64,000 nucleotides of DNA from Eledone cirrhosa (Eukaryota), in contig OZ024758.1 in the NCBI GenBank assembly GCA_964016885.1, positions 806,001-870,000 on the forward strand, given 5' to 3'. A program made the position numbers and the translations under genes. The first letter of the stretch is position 1, and every line of letters starts with the position of its first letter. Shown here one piece after another: positions 29,021-43,396 of the stretch. A model generated the notes under the pieces. The model was not told the DNA's origin and did not search any database. It worked only from the letters and a program-made list of their open reading frames with translations.

Positions 29021-29054
29021 AATATATATATATATTATATCTATATAGATATAT

Positions 29055-29092
<38 letters not shown>

Positions 29093-29105
29093 CGTGTGGG
29101 GGGGG

Positions 29106-29144
<39 letters not shown>

Positions 29145-29346
29145 TGTTTGATGATCAATAAAACAGGACAAATAAATAGTGAAGGCGTTTACTGTGAGTT
29201 TAATGACTATTTCAGTGAGAATCAATAGTAAAATGCTAGTGGTTTGTACCCACAAACCTACAAAGATAATGAAATATATCTGCATATACAAATGTTAGAC
29301 TCTCTCTCTCTCTCTCTGCATATACAAATGTTAGACTCTCTCTCTC

Positions 29347-29418
<72 letters not shown>

Positions 29419-29479
29419 AGAACTTCCATCAATTCACAAAAGTGGAAAATTCAGCTCATTAATGTTTGGAATAACGACC

Positions 29480-30512
29480 GACCACACCGTATGCCGTTCT
29501 TCATCTACCGTAGAGGTGGACTTTACAACCATCCGCGCGGATCGTATCGGTTGAAAAAAACCGGAACTGTCATTTTCCTGGATGATTCCTTTACAGCAGA
29601 TGCAAATGACTTATTCTCCAATAGTCTCTGTGAATCAGATTCTGTACAAAACAAAGTCAATAATGAGACAGTAATTGGACTTTATATGTCTACATTTCTT
29701 CAAAGTGTGTTATCTAGCAATGTCATTCAGGTAATGTAATAATGAGGGAGTTTCGATCATCCTTTGTGGTGATTGGTTTACAAATATTTGAAACCAGATA
29801 TTTCCACTCCAATGCTTTACGAAACAACAGTAAAGTCACCTTTCCACTATATCCCTGAGTACTTGTTCTGTTCCAAATTGTGCTTGCACCACCAAGATGT
29901 CACAAAACATTTTGGACCTAACTACAAAGTCTCAATGATGTTAACCCTAAACAGAACACAATTGACAAAATGTTTAGCGCCTCTAATATCTTAGCGACAA
30001 TAAACAAAACTAAGTACAGCATTAGGCTCTCATAGGTACCCTGCCAGTCTCTTTGCATCTCCTCTAGCTAATCCCTGAACATTTTCTATCCCGGTCAGTG
30101 GTTTAAGTTTTTATAAAGGTAATCATGTCCTCCGCTGTGAAATACTGTCCGATATCATGTATCTCTCATATAATTAAAGTAGTTGAGAGTGTGAGATCAC
30201 CAAATCTCACTTCCTTGAAAGCAACAATCTGCTGAACTCTAACCAGAATTGATTTCGTGATGGCGGGGATAACATCATAAAGTCTTTAGATGAAAGATCC
30301 AACAATGGTTGTATAAGGCATTCGTAGGGTTGATCGCAGCATCATTTTCAACAATCTAACCAATATTGGTGTATGTGGAAATCCACTACGATGGATTACG
30401 TTTCCTGGTGAACAGAGAACAGCATGTTGTGAACGAATTAAACGATCAAGCTCAGCCACATTCAGTATTGGGGTCCCACAAGGATCTGTGTTGAGCCCAC
30501 TTCTCTTCAATA
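29480..30512 (+). pseudogene. Degraded CR1-group LINE ORF2 remnant (APE endonuclease and reverse-transcriptase pieces)
   Basis: Frameshifted motifs: FTTIRADR...K.G.VIFL, SNSLCES, VIGLY and IILCGD (APE); FLESNNLLNSNQ..FR, IGVCGNPLRWI..FL.NREQHV and GVPQGSVLSPLLF at about 30471-30509 (RT). Confidence 0.85.
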
Positions 30513-31269
30513 ACAAAATACATAAATTCTATGTGTCATTAAATGAAGAAAAACAAAACAAAAAATCCCGGAACCTCTTAGTTGCAAATCGAACTTATTA
30601 ACCATTGTTCACGTGTTACTATCAATGTTGTGAACATTGTATTTTAGTTTTCTCAACAGAATCTGCGAGAATATTTCTCGAGTGATACTCGCATAAAAAA
30701 AAATGTGATGAAACAATACATACAAGATAACAACATAAGATAGAATAAAATAAAATAAACGAAAATATGGAAAAAGCAGTTTCTTCTCGTTGTCCAATCA
30801 ATCATACCTAACATGTCAAAGCAAGAAACGAAAGTTTTCAAAACAAATATTTTAAAAAAAGCTCTTCACACACAAAGCGAACAAAAATGACATTTGCATC
30901 AGACATATACATACACAGTTAAACATGATGTCTCCAGTGTTTTACAGTTTATCACATGCTAAATATATTACCATTCACAAAAGGCATAACATACTAAATC
31001 AAAGTAAATCATTATAAGTAAAATGTAAAATGTAAGATAGAAAACGGAAAAACAATATTGTCGTTTTGTATTATTCCTTTACTACTTGCGGTTGTGGTGC
31101 TGATGATCTCCCACTTGAGGAATGAAGCCACGAACTAACACAAATGCCATTTCACAATAAAGCGAGGAAAAGAAAGACACAGAAAATAAGAAAGTGGGGT
31201 AAAAAAAAAAAGGCGAGGGAATGCGTAGGTTAGAGATTAAGAGAAAATGACAAGAAAGAGAGAGGACGA

Positions 31270-31380
31270 GAGATAGATATATAGATATATATATATATAG
31301 ATAGATAGATAAACAGATAGATAGATAGATAAACAGATAGATAGATAGTTAGATAGATAGATAGAGAGAGAGATAGATAA

Positions 31381-31429
<49 letters not shown>

Positions 31430-31430
31430 G
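31270..31430. repeat. (GATA)n microsatellite
   Basis: Direct observation. Confidence 0.95.
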
Positions 31431-31537
31431 ATATATAGGGACATACATTGTGTAGCGGATATGAAAGATAAAAAGAAAGACATTGTGAGATTTAAAAACT
31501 GTACAATAGCAAATATATGTAGATTTGTCCTTGTGAG

Positions 31538-31658
<121 letters not shown>

Positions 31659-32624
31659 GGATGTAAGCGTGAGGGAAAGTATAAGAGGCAGATGGGGAAA
31701 GGGCGAGAAAGACAAAAGCTAGTAAATTTGAAAATGTTTAATCTATTTTGTGATATAAAACTTACGAACGACTGATTCTAAACAGATTTGGGTGAATGAA
31801 TAAGATTATATATGTAGTTGTCTTTTACAGCAAAGGTCAACAACCTAGGTCACAACCTTCTATCCATCCCGTGGTCGTTTATATCGCCCAGATACCAGAT
31901 GGCGCTTTACCGTCCTTAGGGGTCTTCACTCTACTTTCTAAGATATTTTTTAGCATATCTATGCATGAAGATAACACTCTTTATATTAGCTTTATCCTCT
32001 CAGCACTTCGTAAAAGTTCGAGATATGGGTTAGATATTTACGATATTTGTTTATATTTAGAAACTGTGATTCAGTTATCTAATTTAAGGCGGTAGAGCGC
32101 CAAACCAGTATCTTACGGTGCCAGATTCAATTCTACATTATGTCAGATGACGGCTGCTTTTTCCGGTGTTAAGTGTTTTCATCTTATTGTATAAGCTATT
32201 GGATGTATGTATATATAAGTTTATATATTTGTGTGTCTATGTGAGTGTATGTATGCATGTATATATAAATGCATGCATGAATCTATGTGCGTATGTAAAA
32301 GTGCATAAGTATGTATATACATATATATATGCATGTATGTATATATATATATATGTATGTAAGCATGCATGCGTGTATGTATGTATATCTATGTATGTAT
32401 ATATGTATTAAAGAATCAATATATGCATGTATGAGGGGAGGGGGGAGAAATGAGGTGCAACAGAAATGAAACATGGATTACAAGTTAAAATATAGTCTAG
32501 ATAGATTTGAAACAAAACGAGGATGTAGTTTATGGAACACCCAAATGATTTAGAAGTCGAGCTTAAGTAGGAGCAATAATATTAAGAAAGACATGAATGA
32601 CACCACATCATTTTGTTTTGAAAA

Positions 32625-32842
32625 TTTTGAAAGTAGATTTATATGAATTTTCATAAGATTTTCGTAGTTGTCTCTGTGGCCTAGCGGTAGGTACTAGAGA
32701 CGGTGGAGATCCAGTTCTGGGGTTCAATCCTGGGAACCCTACTCCTGACCAGGATCGAACTTCAGACCAGGATCTCCACCATCTATGATTCCTCCAACTA
32801 GGCCCCCGAGACAAATTGATAATTATAAACCTACTTTCAAAA
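32625..32842. mobile_element. Fold-back (MITE-like) element with tRNA-like A/B boxes in its arms
   Basis: Nested inverted matches: TTTTGAAAGTAG/CTACTTTCAAAA, TTGTCTC/GAGACAA, GGCCTAG/CTAGGCC, GGTGGAGATCC/GGATCTCCACC and GTTCAATCCTGG/CCAGGATCGAAC. Confidence 0.65.
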
Positions 32843-33432
32843 TCAAAGTTAAAAAGATGTGTTGTCGTTCATGGCTTTCCTAGAGCTATTAGTAATATTT
32901 AGGGTCGACTTCTGGTCATTATTGAAAGTCTCTGGGTTTCGAAAAATACATAATATTTTTTATTGGGGAAGGCAAGATATTTTTCCGCAAAAATTTGATT
33001 GCACTGTTTTGTTTCCACTTATGTACTTTTCTAAAATGTTATTTATTCATTGTAAAAATTATGATATCATTCTATATGTAGGTGGGCCCCCTTCATCTGA
33101 CAACCAATATTTGTAGACCCAGTCCGCCACTGTGTATGAATATAATGAAGGAAGCAAAGTTATAAAGAAAAATGTGATAAATTTGAGAAGTTATACTAGA
33201 AGAGATTTGGAGCGAGAAAGTGAAGATGATGACGATAGTGTTGATGATGATGGTGTTGCTGATGATGGTGTTGCTGATGATGGTGTTGTTGATGACGATG
33301 GTGTTACTGACGAGGAAAATAACGATGACGGGGAAAGAGAAGAAGAAGATAGTTATTATATAAAAACTAATAAAAAATATATTGCTATAGTATATGATCA
33401 TTTGTTACAAATATATGCATTGTTCCAATTAA

Positions 33433-33450
33433 ACTTACCTGAAAAAAAAT
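33433..33450 (-). promoter_or_regulatory. Candidate recursive splice site (ratchet point)
   Basis: Minus strand reads ATTTTTTTTCAG|GTAAGT: a 3' splice site fused to a consensus 5' splice site. Confidence 0.4.
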
Positions 33451-33930
<480 letters not shown>

Positions 33931-36117
33931 TCACTAGCGTGTTGCCGTTTCTCCCTACCCTTCCCCATTCTTACAACTGGAAAAGAAACCCGTCTATTAT
34001 TGTCTAACACACAGTCGACTAATGGTATTAAGATTGCTTGATTGCCTTGCTTAAATAATATCCTGACATTATCTCGTCCTCAAATGAATAAATAACACCA
34101 TTATTCTCCGCCACAGAATTGTATTATCACCTTTAATGGCCGTCATTCTTGTCGCCGTTGAGGCTGTCATGCGCCGTCGTCGCCACTGTCTACGTCATTA
34201 TCAATATAACCGTCATCATCATCATCATCACCATCATCATTATTATCATTATCATCATTCTTATCATTATCACCATTATCATCATTATTATCATCATAAC
34301 CATCATCAACATCATCATTATCATTATTATTGTCAACACCAGCAATCTACATCATTATTATCACCATCATCATTATCATCATTAGCATCCTTATCATCAA
34401 CACCAGCAATCATCATCATCACCATCATCATGAACACAATTATCATCATCTTTACAGTTTATTATAGTTGTGAAATTTGTCGCCACCGTCATGGCTGCGT
34501 TTATCGTCATCAAAATATAAGCATTCATAGAAATAACAAGACCATTGACAGTAGTAAGAAGAGCTTGTTAAGAGATACCAATTAAGTTTCAATATTGTGG
34601 GGCAAATGTCCTCCTCTCGTCGCTATTATCAACTTTAATGATTCCAACACTAAATAATTATTACGTTTTCTTCTACACCATATATCTATTACTCTAATAC
34701 TACATTTGTCTCTTTGGTTGCTTTTCTCGCAGCCGAAATACTGGTACGAATTCTGATGGTTGTAATGACCGTATTATTATTATTACTATTAATATCATCA
34801 TTATAAACATCATCACTGTCATCATCATCATCTCTTATATTGCTTTTGTCGTTTTGCTCTTTTTTGGTTTTTAGCATCGATATCTATAATGGGAGGCAAA
34901 ATAAAAAATAAAAATACCGCTTTTACATTTGGCAATTACAAAAAATACCAACAGAAAAAACTTTACACAAAATTTAAAAAAAAGTAGTTACAAAATTGAT
35001 ATTATTATTATTATTATTATTGTTATAATCATCATCATCATTCAAATATGTTTTAATTCGGTAATATCGTTTTAATTCGGTATATTTCCTGATCTAGTCA
35101 ATAATATACCACTACCAGCAATATCAGTATCAATAACGCAAATGGCGAGATTTGAACTCAACGAAAATAACCAGAGCCTTTACCACATGTCATCTTGTTC
35201 TGGTGATCTACCGATTCCAGTATTCAACCATATTAAATTGATACTTTATTTTTTCGACTCCAGAAATATGAAATACTTATATTTCCACAACGTTATGTGG
35301 ACACAGAAGGCAATGAGATAAAATAAAAACTGATGTTCTAACGATTACATCCATTGCTCTTTCGAAGTTTTGGATATGTTATCTTTTCAAAAGGTTTCGT
35401 GGACTAAAATAAAATATACTTCACAGAGATACGAAGATATATCCGTGGAGATAACCTACTATATTTGTGGTATCTTCCAGCATAGTCGCATTTCGATCAA
35501 AGACGTGTAAGTGAAATCTAATAGACGGAAACAGTGGATAAGTTCTTTCTTTACTTCATACACTACTCGGTTTAACACCATCGCCTGGCCCTTGGTGTTC
35601 TTACCAGGGTCTATAATTTTGTATACGTTTGGGCCTGATCAGTTTTCAGTTTGAGAGCAATTTCCTTCGTTTTCTGAAAAAATGCATCGGTAGTATCCCG
35701 TTTTTCATCTGTAAAAATCATATAATTATGGAAACGAACTTTATATTACGATAATCTGATAATTATAATCATAGTCATTTCTACTTTTATGAAAAGAGGA
35801 TTTACTATAGATATTAGATCTATCATGCATCTAGCAAAGGTTAGCTAAGGGTTCACTGTAAATATTGTTATAGCCTGGAAGATAAATTAGAAAATAACAT
35901 TAGCAGGCAAGGTGCAGCAAGGTGCAGCAAGGTGCAGCAAGATGCAGCAAGATGCATCATTTCACTTTAAAATATTGTTCTCGTTGTTAACCTGATTGGA
36001 GTCATGTTTACCTCAGGTCATTCTCGTGGTCAGAGGATCAACAACGAACGTTTCTTGTCCGTGTTAGGACAATTTGACAAGACAGATTGACAGAGAGCGA
36101 ACTCTATCTCTCTCTGT

Positions 36118-36900
<783 letters not shown>

Positions 36901-37114
36901 ATGGTATTGTTATTGCCGTTATTCTCCACAATGAATCCAGTCATTATTATTGGCAGGAGAGGTCAGGGAAGGAGGTTCCAGCCTTGGTCTGGCAGTGAGG
37001 AACATGTCATTATAGATGACATATTCTCATCACTTGTATACACACTTGTATATATATATATACGTACATACATGTATTCATATATTATATATATATACAC
37101 ACACATACTTATAA

Positions 37115-37151
<37 letters not shown>

Positions 37152-38090
37152 CATTCATATATACTTGCATATATACAGACATATATACATATACATACGT
37201 ACACACACATAGATACTCATATACATAAATACATATATACATACATACACTCATTTATACATACATACATACATACATACATACATACATACATACATAC
37301 ATACATACATACGTACATACATACATGTATATTCTCACATACATACATGTATAAACACATCACATGTACATTAACATTCATAGAAGCTTACATAGACACA
37401 CGTTGACACGAATACAACAACGCAGGCAATCATATTCACAATCATGTGTATATTTACACACACTCACACACAACCATATACACATTAGTCACACAATCTC
37501 ATATATATATTAGCACATACTCACACACAACCATATATATTAGCCACACATACTCATATTAGCTACACATACAACGATATATACTCTAGCTACACAGACT
37601 CATATATATATTTACACACACTGACACACATCCATATACACATTAGCCGCACAAACACATGTGTATATTTACACACACTCACACACAACCATATATATAT
37701 TAGCCACACATACTCAAATGTAAATTAACACACACTCACATACAACCATATATATACTCTAGCTACAGACTTATATATATATTTACACACACTCACACAC
37801 TCACACACATCCATATACACATTAGCCACACAAAGAAGTACACTATCACAAAACGTCCTTTACATACACCTCGAAACATACAAACTCATACAGACAACTG
37901 TATATACACTCACAACAGAACTGCTTTACATAAACACATATACACGCAACCATATATACTCTGCCACTAACATAAATACATGAATACATACACGCACACA
38001 AAGACGGTGAGCCACACACAACTCCGCTCACACGTTGACATATACATACGAAGAAAAGAGTTGAAGATGGCATGTCGAGTGAGAGCCTAC

Positions 38091-38168
38091 CTGGTCGTCT
38101 CTCAATTGTCATGTTCATAAACAGGGTCAAGGAGTAAGAGGGTCGTGACAGAGGTCGTGAGCGGCGGT
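38091..38168 (-). CDS. Candidate 78-nt internal exon (phase 1-1: xRRSRPLSRPSYSLTLFMNMTIERRPx)
   Basis: Acceptor CCCTTTTTATTCAG, donor CAG|GTAGGC, length divisible by 3, exactly one open frame, unique GC-richer sequence. Confidence 0.45.
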
Positions 38169-38430
38169 CTGAATAAAAAGGGTGGAACGTGTCAGCAAGT
38201 TTAATGAGTGTTATAGTCTATGATGAATGAAAGGGAGCAGAAGAAGGGCGAGGAGTAAAAGAGGGAAAGGATGAGGGAATTAGCTATTGGATGATAAAAG
38301 AGGGCAAATGATAGATAAGAGAGAGTGGCGAGATATATAGATAGATTGTGAGGAACAGATGAATAATAGACAGACGAAGTTACATGTATGAATAAATTCA
38401 TACATACAACCATACATATATTTGTGTTAA

Positions 38431-38508
<78 letters not shown>

Positions 38509-38539
38509 GTCCGGAGTATCGCTATTAGCTTTCTCCGAT

Positions 38540-38607
<68 letters not shown>

Positions 38608-38768
38608 AAAGTTAGTACAGCATAATCGAAGCTCTGGCTGCAGCTAAGCTAACGAATGCTATCGGGATGTACAGCTAAGCACTCAATAAGGTATATTACT
38701 TTAGAGTTATAACATTACGTTTAGACAGCTTTTCAAATTGATGACAGCGACCGACATATATATATTAT

Positions 38769-38872
38769 TCGCCGAGGTTGACTTTGCCTTTCATCCTTAC
38801 GGGGTCGATATAATAAAGTACCAGTAATGCACTGGGTAATTGCTGGCCTTGTGCCTAAAGTAGAAACAATTA
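38769..38872 (+). mobile_element. SINE S1, 3' half
   Basis: CGCCGAGGTTGACTTTGCCTTTCATCCTTACGGGGTCGAT...GCTGGCCTTGTGCC..AAGTAGAAAC. Confidence 0.85.
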
Positions 38873-39102
38873 TTAGGAAAACAAGAAAAAAAGTAGGAAA
38901 TGCTAATGGGATTTTCTCATAGAATAACAGCAAAACATTTAAAAAAAGTAATTTATAGTACCGGTTTCAGTCAATAGTTGTTTCGGTTTCTTCATGCTAC
39001 AGGAAATATGATAAAAAGTATTTAATAAAATTAAGGTGTATATTAATTAGAAGAGTGTATTAGAGATAATAGTTTACACATATATATATAAATCACATTT
39101 TC

Positions 39103-39174
<72 letters not shown>

Positions 39175-39211
39175 CCTTGTGTCTTTTTTATATATCAAAA
39201 ACATGGTACTA

Positions 39212-39392
39212 TTGGCAGTATAGATAGAAGATCGGACGCCATGATTAGCAGCATAAAGTTACGGCTCATTACGGTCTGAATTCAAATACCACCGCGCTTA
39301 ATTTTGCCTTTCATCCTTATGGGGTCGATAAAATAAAGTACCAATAATGCTCTGGGATAATTGCTGACCTTGTGCCAAAAGTAGAAACAATT
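39212..39392 (+). mobile_element. SINE S1
   Basis: Same family motifs. Confidence 0.85.
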
Positions 39393-39899
39393 ATTTAAGT
39401 AGAATTTGGTTGCTATTTCAAGCAGCTTGAACCCTAATAAGGAAGGTTCTTCATTATGATTGGACGATGTGTTTATTCTAGCGAAAAGACGAAACAAAAC
39501 AAAAAAAGGATCCGCACGATACAACCATAGAAATATAGTCGTGGTAGATACGAATTAAAGGGAAATGAAAAGCTATAAAAACTAAGAAAATACTCCTAAA
39601 ATGGAAAAGTAAAATAAACATATTAACAACAATAATATAAAACAAACAATAACGTAAAGAACAATAATAAAATCAAAAACAAAGAATTCAGTGACAATGA
39701 TGAGGAAGGAAGGAAGTGAGCTTGGAAAAGTTGAAAATTTGTAATAAAGGATAAAATAACCATTCTAGGGTTTGGAGAGAATTGGCCCCGTAGTAAGTTT
39801 AACGTGTCGTCTTTCAAAAATAATCTCGGTAAAGAAAATATAAATGGGATGGAAATGGAAAGACAGAGGTGAGAGAAAATGAAAGAGTGATAAAGAAGG

Positions 39900-40356
39900 A
39901 GGAAAAGTGATATTGCGGATATGTGCCAAAATGACTGAAAGTTCGGAGATCAGGAAGTCACTCCAAATAGAGGTGACTACTTCTCCGATTTGAGAGATCA
40001 CAGCTCTGATATTATGGGCATGTGGTTAGATTGTCTCAGGAAAGAATCACTGGACAGATTTGGCAAAACAAACAGGTAGGAAACCCAGGGGTTGACCCAG
40101 AAGAAGATGGTTGGATAACATCCATGTGCTCGGCTGGTCACGCTTGGGGATCCAGCTGGATCAGTTGGAGATGGTTGCTTCTGACAGGACCCACTAGAGG
40201 GAGTGTTTGAAGACTGTCACCCACGACCCTCCCAGGTATAAGTGGAAGAAGAAGAAGAAGAAGAAGAAGAAGAAGAAGAAGAAGAAGAAGAAGAAGAAGA
40301 AGAAGAAGAAGAAGAAGAAGAAGAAGAAGAAGAAGAAGAAGAAGAAGAAGAAGAAG
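39900..40356 (+). mobile_element. RTE-clade LINE 3' fragment with (GAA)n tail
   Basis: The frameshifted translation SEIRKSLQIE..ERSQL*YYGHVVRLSQERI...KPRG*PRRRWLDNIHVLGWSRLGI...VASDR..*RECL..PRP matches RTE (Rex3/Expander-like) C-termini, and is followed directly by a long GAA run. Confidence 0.85.
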
Positions 40357-40976
40357 AATCTTGTAGACCTGTGACATAAATAATCGCCAGGTAGTGTGAA
40401 TAGTGATGAATAAATAGAAATAATCAACATATGGAAGGAATGGATGAAGGAGATTGGATGTAGGAGAATTAATGAAAGAGAACAACTAACCGAAAGAAAT
40501 AAGTAAAGAAAGAGACAAAAGGAATAAGTGCCAAGCTAGAAGTGGTAGCATTTGATGAATGACAGTTGAAATATGAAAAAAAGGTGACTGAATGGACAAG
40601 AAAAAAGTACATTATGAATGAAATAAGGGATTAGAAAAAAATATAGTGAGGAAAGCTCGGCGAGATAACTAGAAGTAGAAGAAAAAACATGGAAAATAGA
40701 AATAGAAACAAAACAATAAACAGAAAGATGAGAATGTGAGAATGAGAGAAAGATGGAAAGAAACGAGGTGGAAGAGGAGAAATATATGATAAACAAGAGT
40801 ACCGGGGATAAATCTGTATAAATAAACAAACGCCTATATCTAGTATCGGAGAGGAAAAGATGTAAGCTGATGGAGTGTTAATGGTTATGGTTGTGGTGGT
40901 GGTGGTGGTGATGCGCTAGGAATTAAATCTCTCGAATAGAAACAAAGTTAAAATGTGTTTCGTTCACTCCACTGCA

Positions 40977-41190
40977 CCCACTGCCACCCAACACCGCCCT
41001 CCATCACTGCCCACTGCCACCCAACACCGCCCCCCATCACTGCCCACTACCACCCAACACCGCCCTCCATCACTGCCCACTACCACCCAACACCGCCCTC
41101 CATCACTGCCCACTGCCACCCAACACCGCCCTCCATCACTGTCCACTACCACCCAACACCGCCCTCCATCACTGCCCACTGCCACCCACT
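40977..41190. repeat. 33-bp minisatellite, about 6.3 copies
   Basis: Unit CCCACT(G/A)CCACCCAACACCGCCCTCCATCACTG. Confidence 0.95.
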
Positions 41191-41656
41191 ATCACCGATC
41201 TCTGCCACACAAACACAGCAGGTAGTCCGGAAGATAGAACTGATACCACGATATCTTCAACTTATTTTCTTTTCTTTCTCCTAAACTTTTTTTCTCTTTT
41301 AATCGATTTATATAATCCGTTAAATTTATATTTACAGGATTAACACGGAGAAATCGGGATTATCCCTCACCGCTACTGTAGCTGGCCTCTATCACTGTCG
41401 CCGGCATCATTGTGAGTACGTCCCAGTTTTAGCTCACTCCCGTTTCTTTAATTCTATACCAAACTATTGTACAAGACTAGAACTGTTTCATTCCACAGAA
41501 ATCACCAGGAAAGGCTTTCCCGATGATTTATTTTGAATGAAACAGTTCCAGTCCTGTACAAGCCATTTCTATATTTAACATGATATGTACACTCTACTAC
41601 TGTATTGAGTACCTTATTTCCTGTGGTTACTCCTGATTGAACCTGGGACTCTCACT

Positions 41657-41750
<94 letters not shown>

Positions 41751-42195
41751 CCCCCCCCCCATATATATATATATATATATACTCAGTGGCAGTCAAACAT
41801 ACATAACCTCACACATACTTATATAAATATATACATTGCATTTGTAAGTTTCTGTCACAGAGAAGAATGTCCTAAAGACGTGTTGCGAAATAAGTTTTTA
41901 TTTTATTTAGATTTAGCTGTGTTTGTTTCAATAATGTCATTACTCAGATATTTGCACCAGCTGGCGCTCTTTATATGGAATGAAGAAGTCTATGAACAAA
42001 TAATAACTGTTTTATTTTTAACGTCAGCATCAGAAGGCGGCGTGAGTCTTGAAATTCCGGTCTGCCTTTGGAAGGACATATGTATCTTAACGTTAAGTAT
42101 ATTAGTACTATGTAATTTTACTATAATATTTCCTGAGGTCAAATTTATTCGAGTGATTATATCTTTGTTATATTTGACATTGAGTTAACGGTATT

Positions 42196-42320
42196 GTGAA
42201 GGCGTGTGTTTTAGTGGTGAGAGAATTGGAAACACAATCGTGAGGTTGCGAGTTCGATTTCCAGACCGAGTGAAGCGTTATATCCTTGAGCAAGACATTT
42301 TATTTTACGATGCTCTTTCT
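42196..42320 (+). mobile_element. CORE-like tRNA SINE, 5' part
   Basis: GGCGTG...TTAGTGGT (A-box-like), GAGTTCGATTTCC (B box), then TCCTTGAGCAAGACATTTTATTT (CORE-like). Confidence 0.65.
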
Positions 42321-42737
42321 GCCAGGAGTTTTGACCAGTAGAGAGAATTAGCAATGGAAAGACTAATAGAAACATTGTTTCCTTGGTTGACTTGGATGAC
42401 TTGTCGATCGATAACTGTTGCTACTAGACCTAACGGTTTACAGATGACTCCGTGTTATTTCTTTATCCCGATATTGCATATTGTGGTAACTTGCAGCAAA
42501 ACGGAGATCTTTTGTTGCTTCAGCCATTAGAAGTAATAGACGCAACATTCTTCAACCGTAACCTCATTTCTTTAAGGCAACCGTTAGCTTAGATTTATGG
42601 TCAAGCCTGTAACACTGAAGGCTTCCGGTGTTCTTCACCCATCGATGTCATCCCTAGTCACCATCATCACCACTATCTTCAATGTCATTATCACCCCCAT
42701 CATCATCACCACTACCATCATCATCATACTTTCCGTC

Positions 42738-42845
42738 AATCCCGTCGAGGTTAATTTTGCCTTTCGTCCTTACGGGATCGATAAAATAAAGTACCAGTAA
42801 TGTACTGTGGTAAGTGCTGGATTGCGCCAAAAGTAGAAACAATTA
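42738..42845 (+). mobile_element. SINE S1, 3' half
   Basis: AATCCCGTCGAGGTTAATTTTGCCTTT..TCCTTACGGG.TCGATAAAATAAAGTACCAG. Confidence 0.8.
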
Positions 42846-42866
42846 TTACCATCACATTATCATCAC

Positions 42867-42907
<41 letters not shown>

Positions 42908-43339
42908 CCACTACCACCATCATCATCATCAACATCACCATCATCATCACTATCACCACCACCACTACCGTCACCATCATCATCATTTGTTCTATATATA
43001 TATTAGAAACTGCGTCTCTACACACCTCACACCTCTCCCAAATCTTTCCTCTGTAATTTCATTCGGTGGAAAAAAAGTTGACTCAAAAGTCATCTTCTAC
43101 ACAGCAGGTCATTTCTCTCCTCCCCCTCTTTCTCTCTCTCTCTCTCTCGCTCTCCTACTATCTCCCACCCCTCTCTTCTTCTCTATGTCTCTCCTTTTCT
43201 CTCCTGCCTCTTCTCTATCCGTTTCTCACTCTGCATACATACACACATGAGCACACAAACAAACACACACACGCACACACACACACGCACACACACAAAC
43301 ATGTGTATATATTATGTGTGTTTGCGCGCGCGTGTGTGT

Positions 43340-43396
<57 letters not shown>

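Noticed and set aside
28800-29145. Duplicated block of about 155 bp (TA/poly-G); a similar case lies at 57335-57490
   Set aside because: Local slippage duplication or assembly artefact in microsatellite; no unique information
33132-33400. Acidic D/E-rich N-terminus of the 291-aa ORF
   Set aside because: It derives from a (GAT)n repeat and continues into (TA)n; the start is not ATG
40953-41284. PTATQHRPPSL repeat protein
   Set aside because: The 33-bp minisatellite is open in several frames on both strands, with no splice or other coding support
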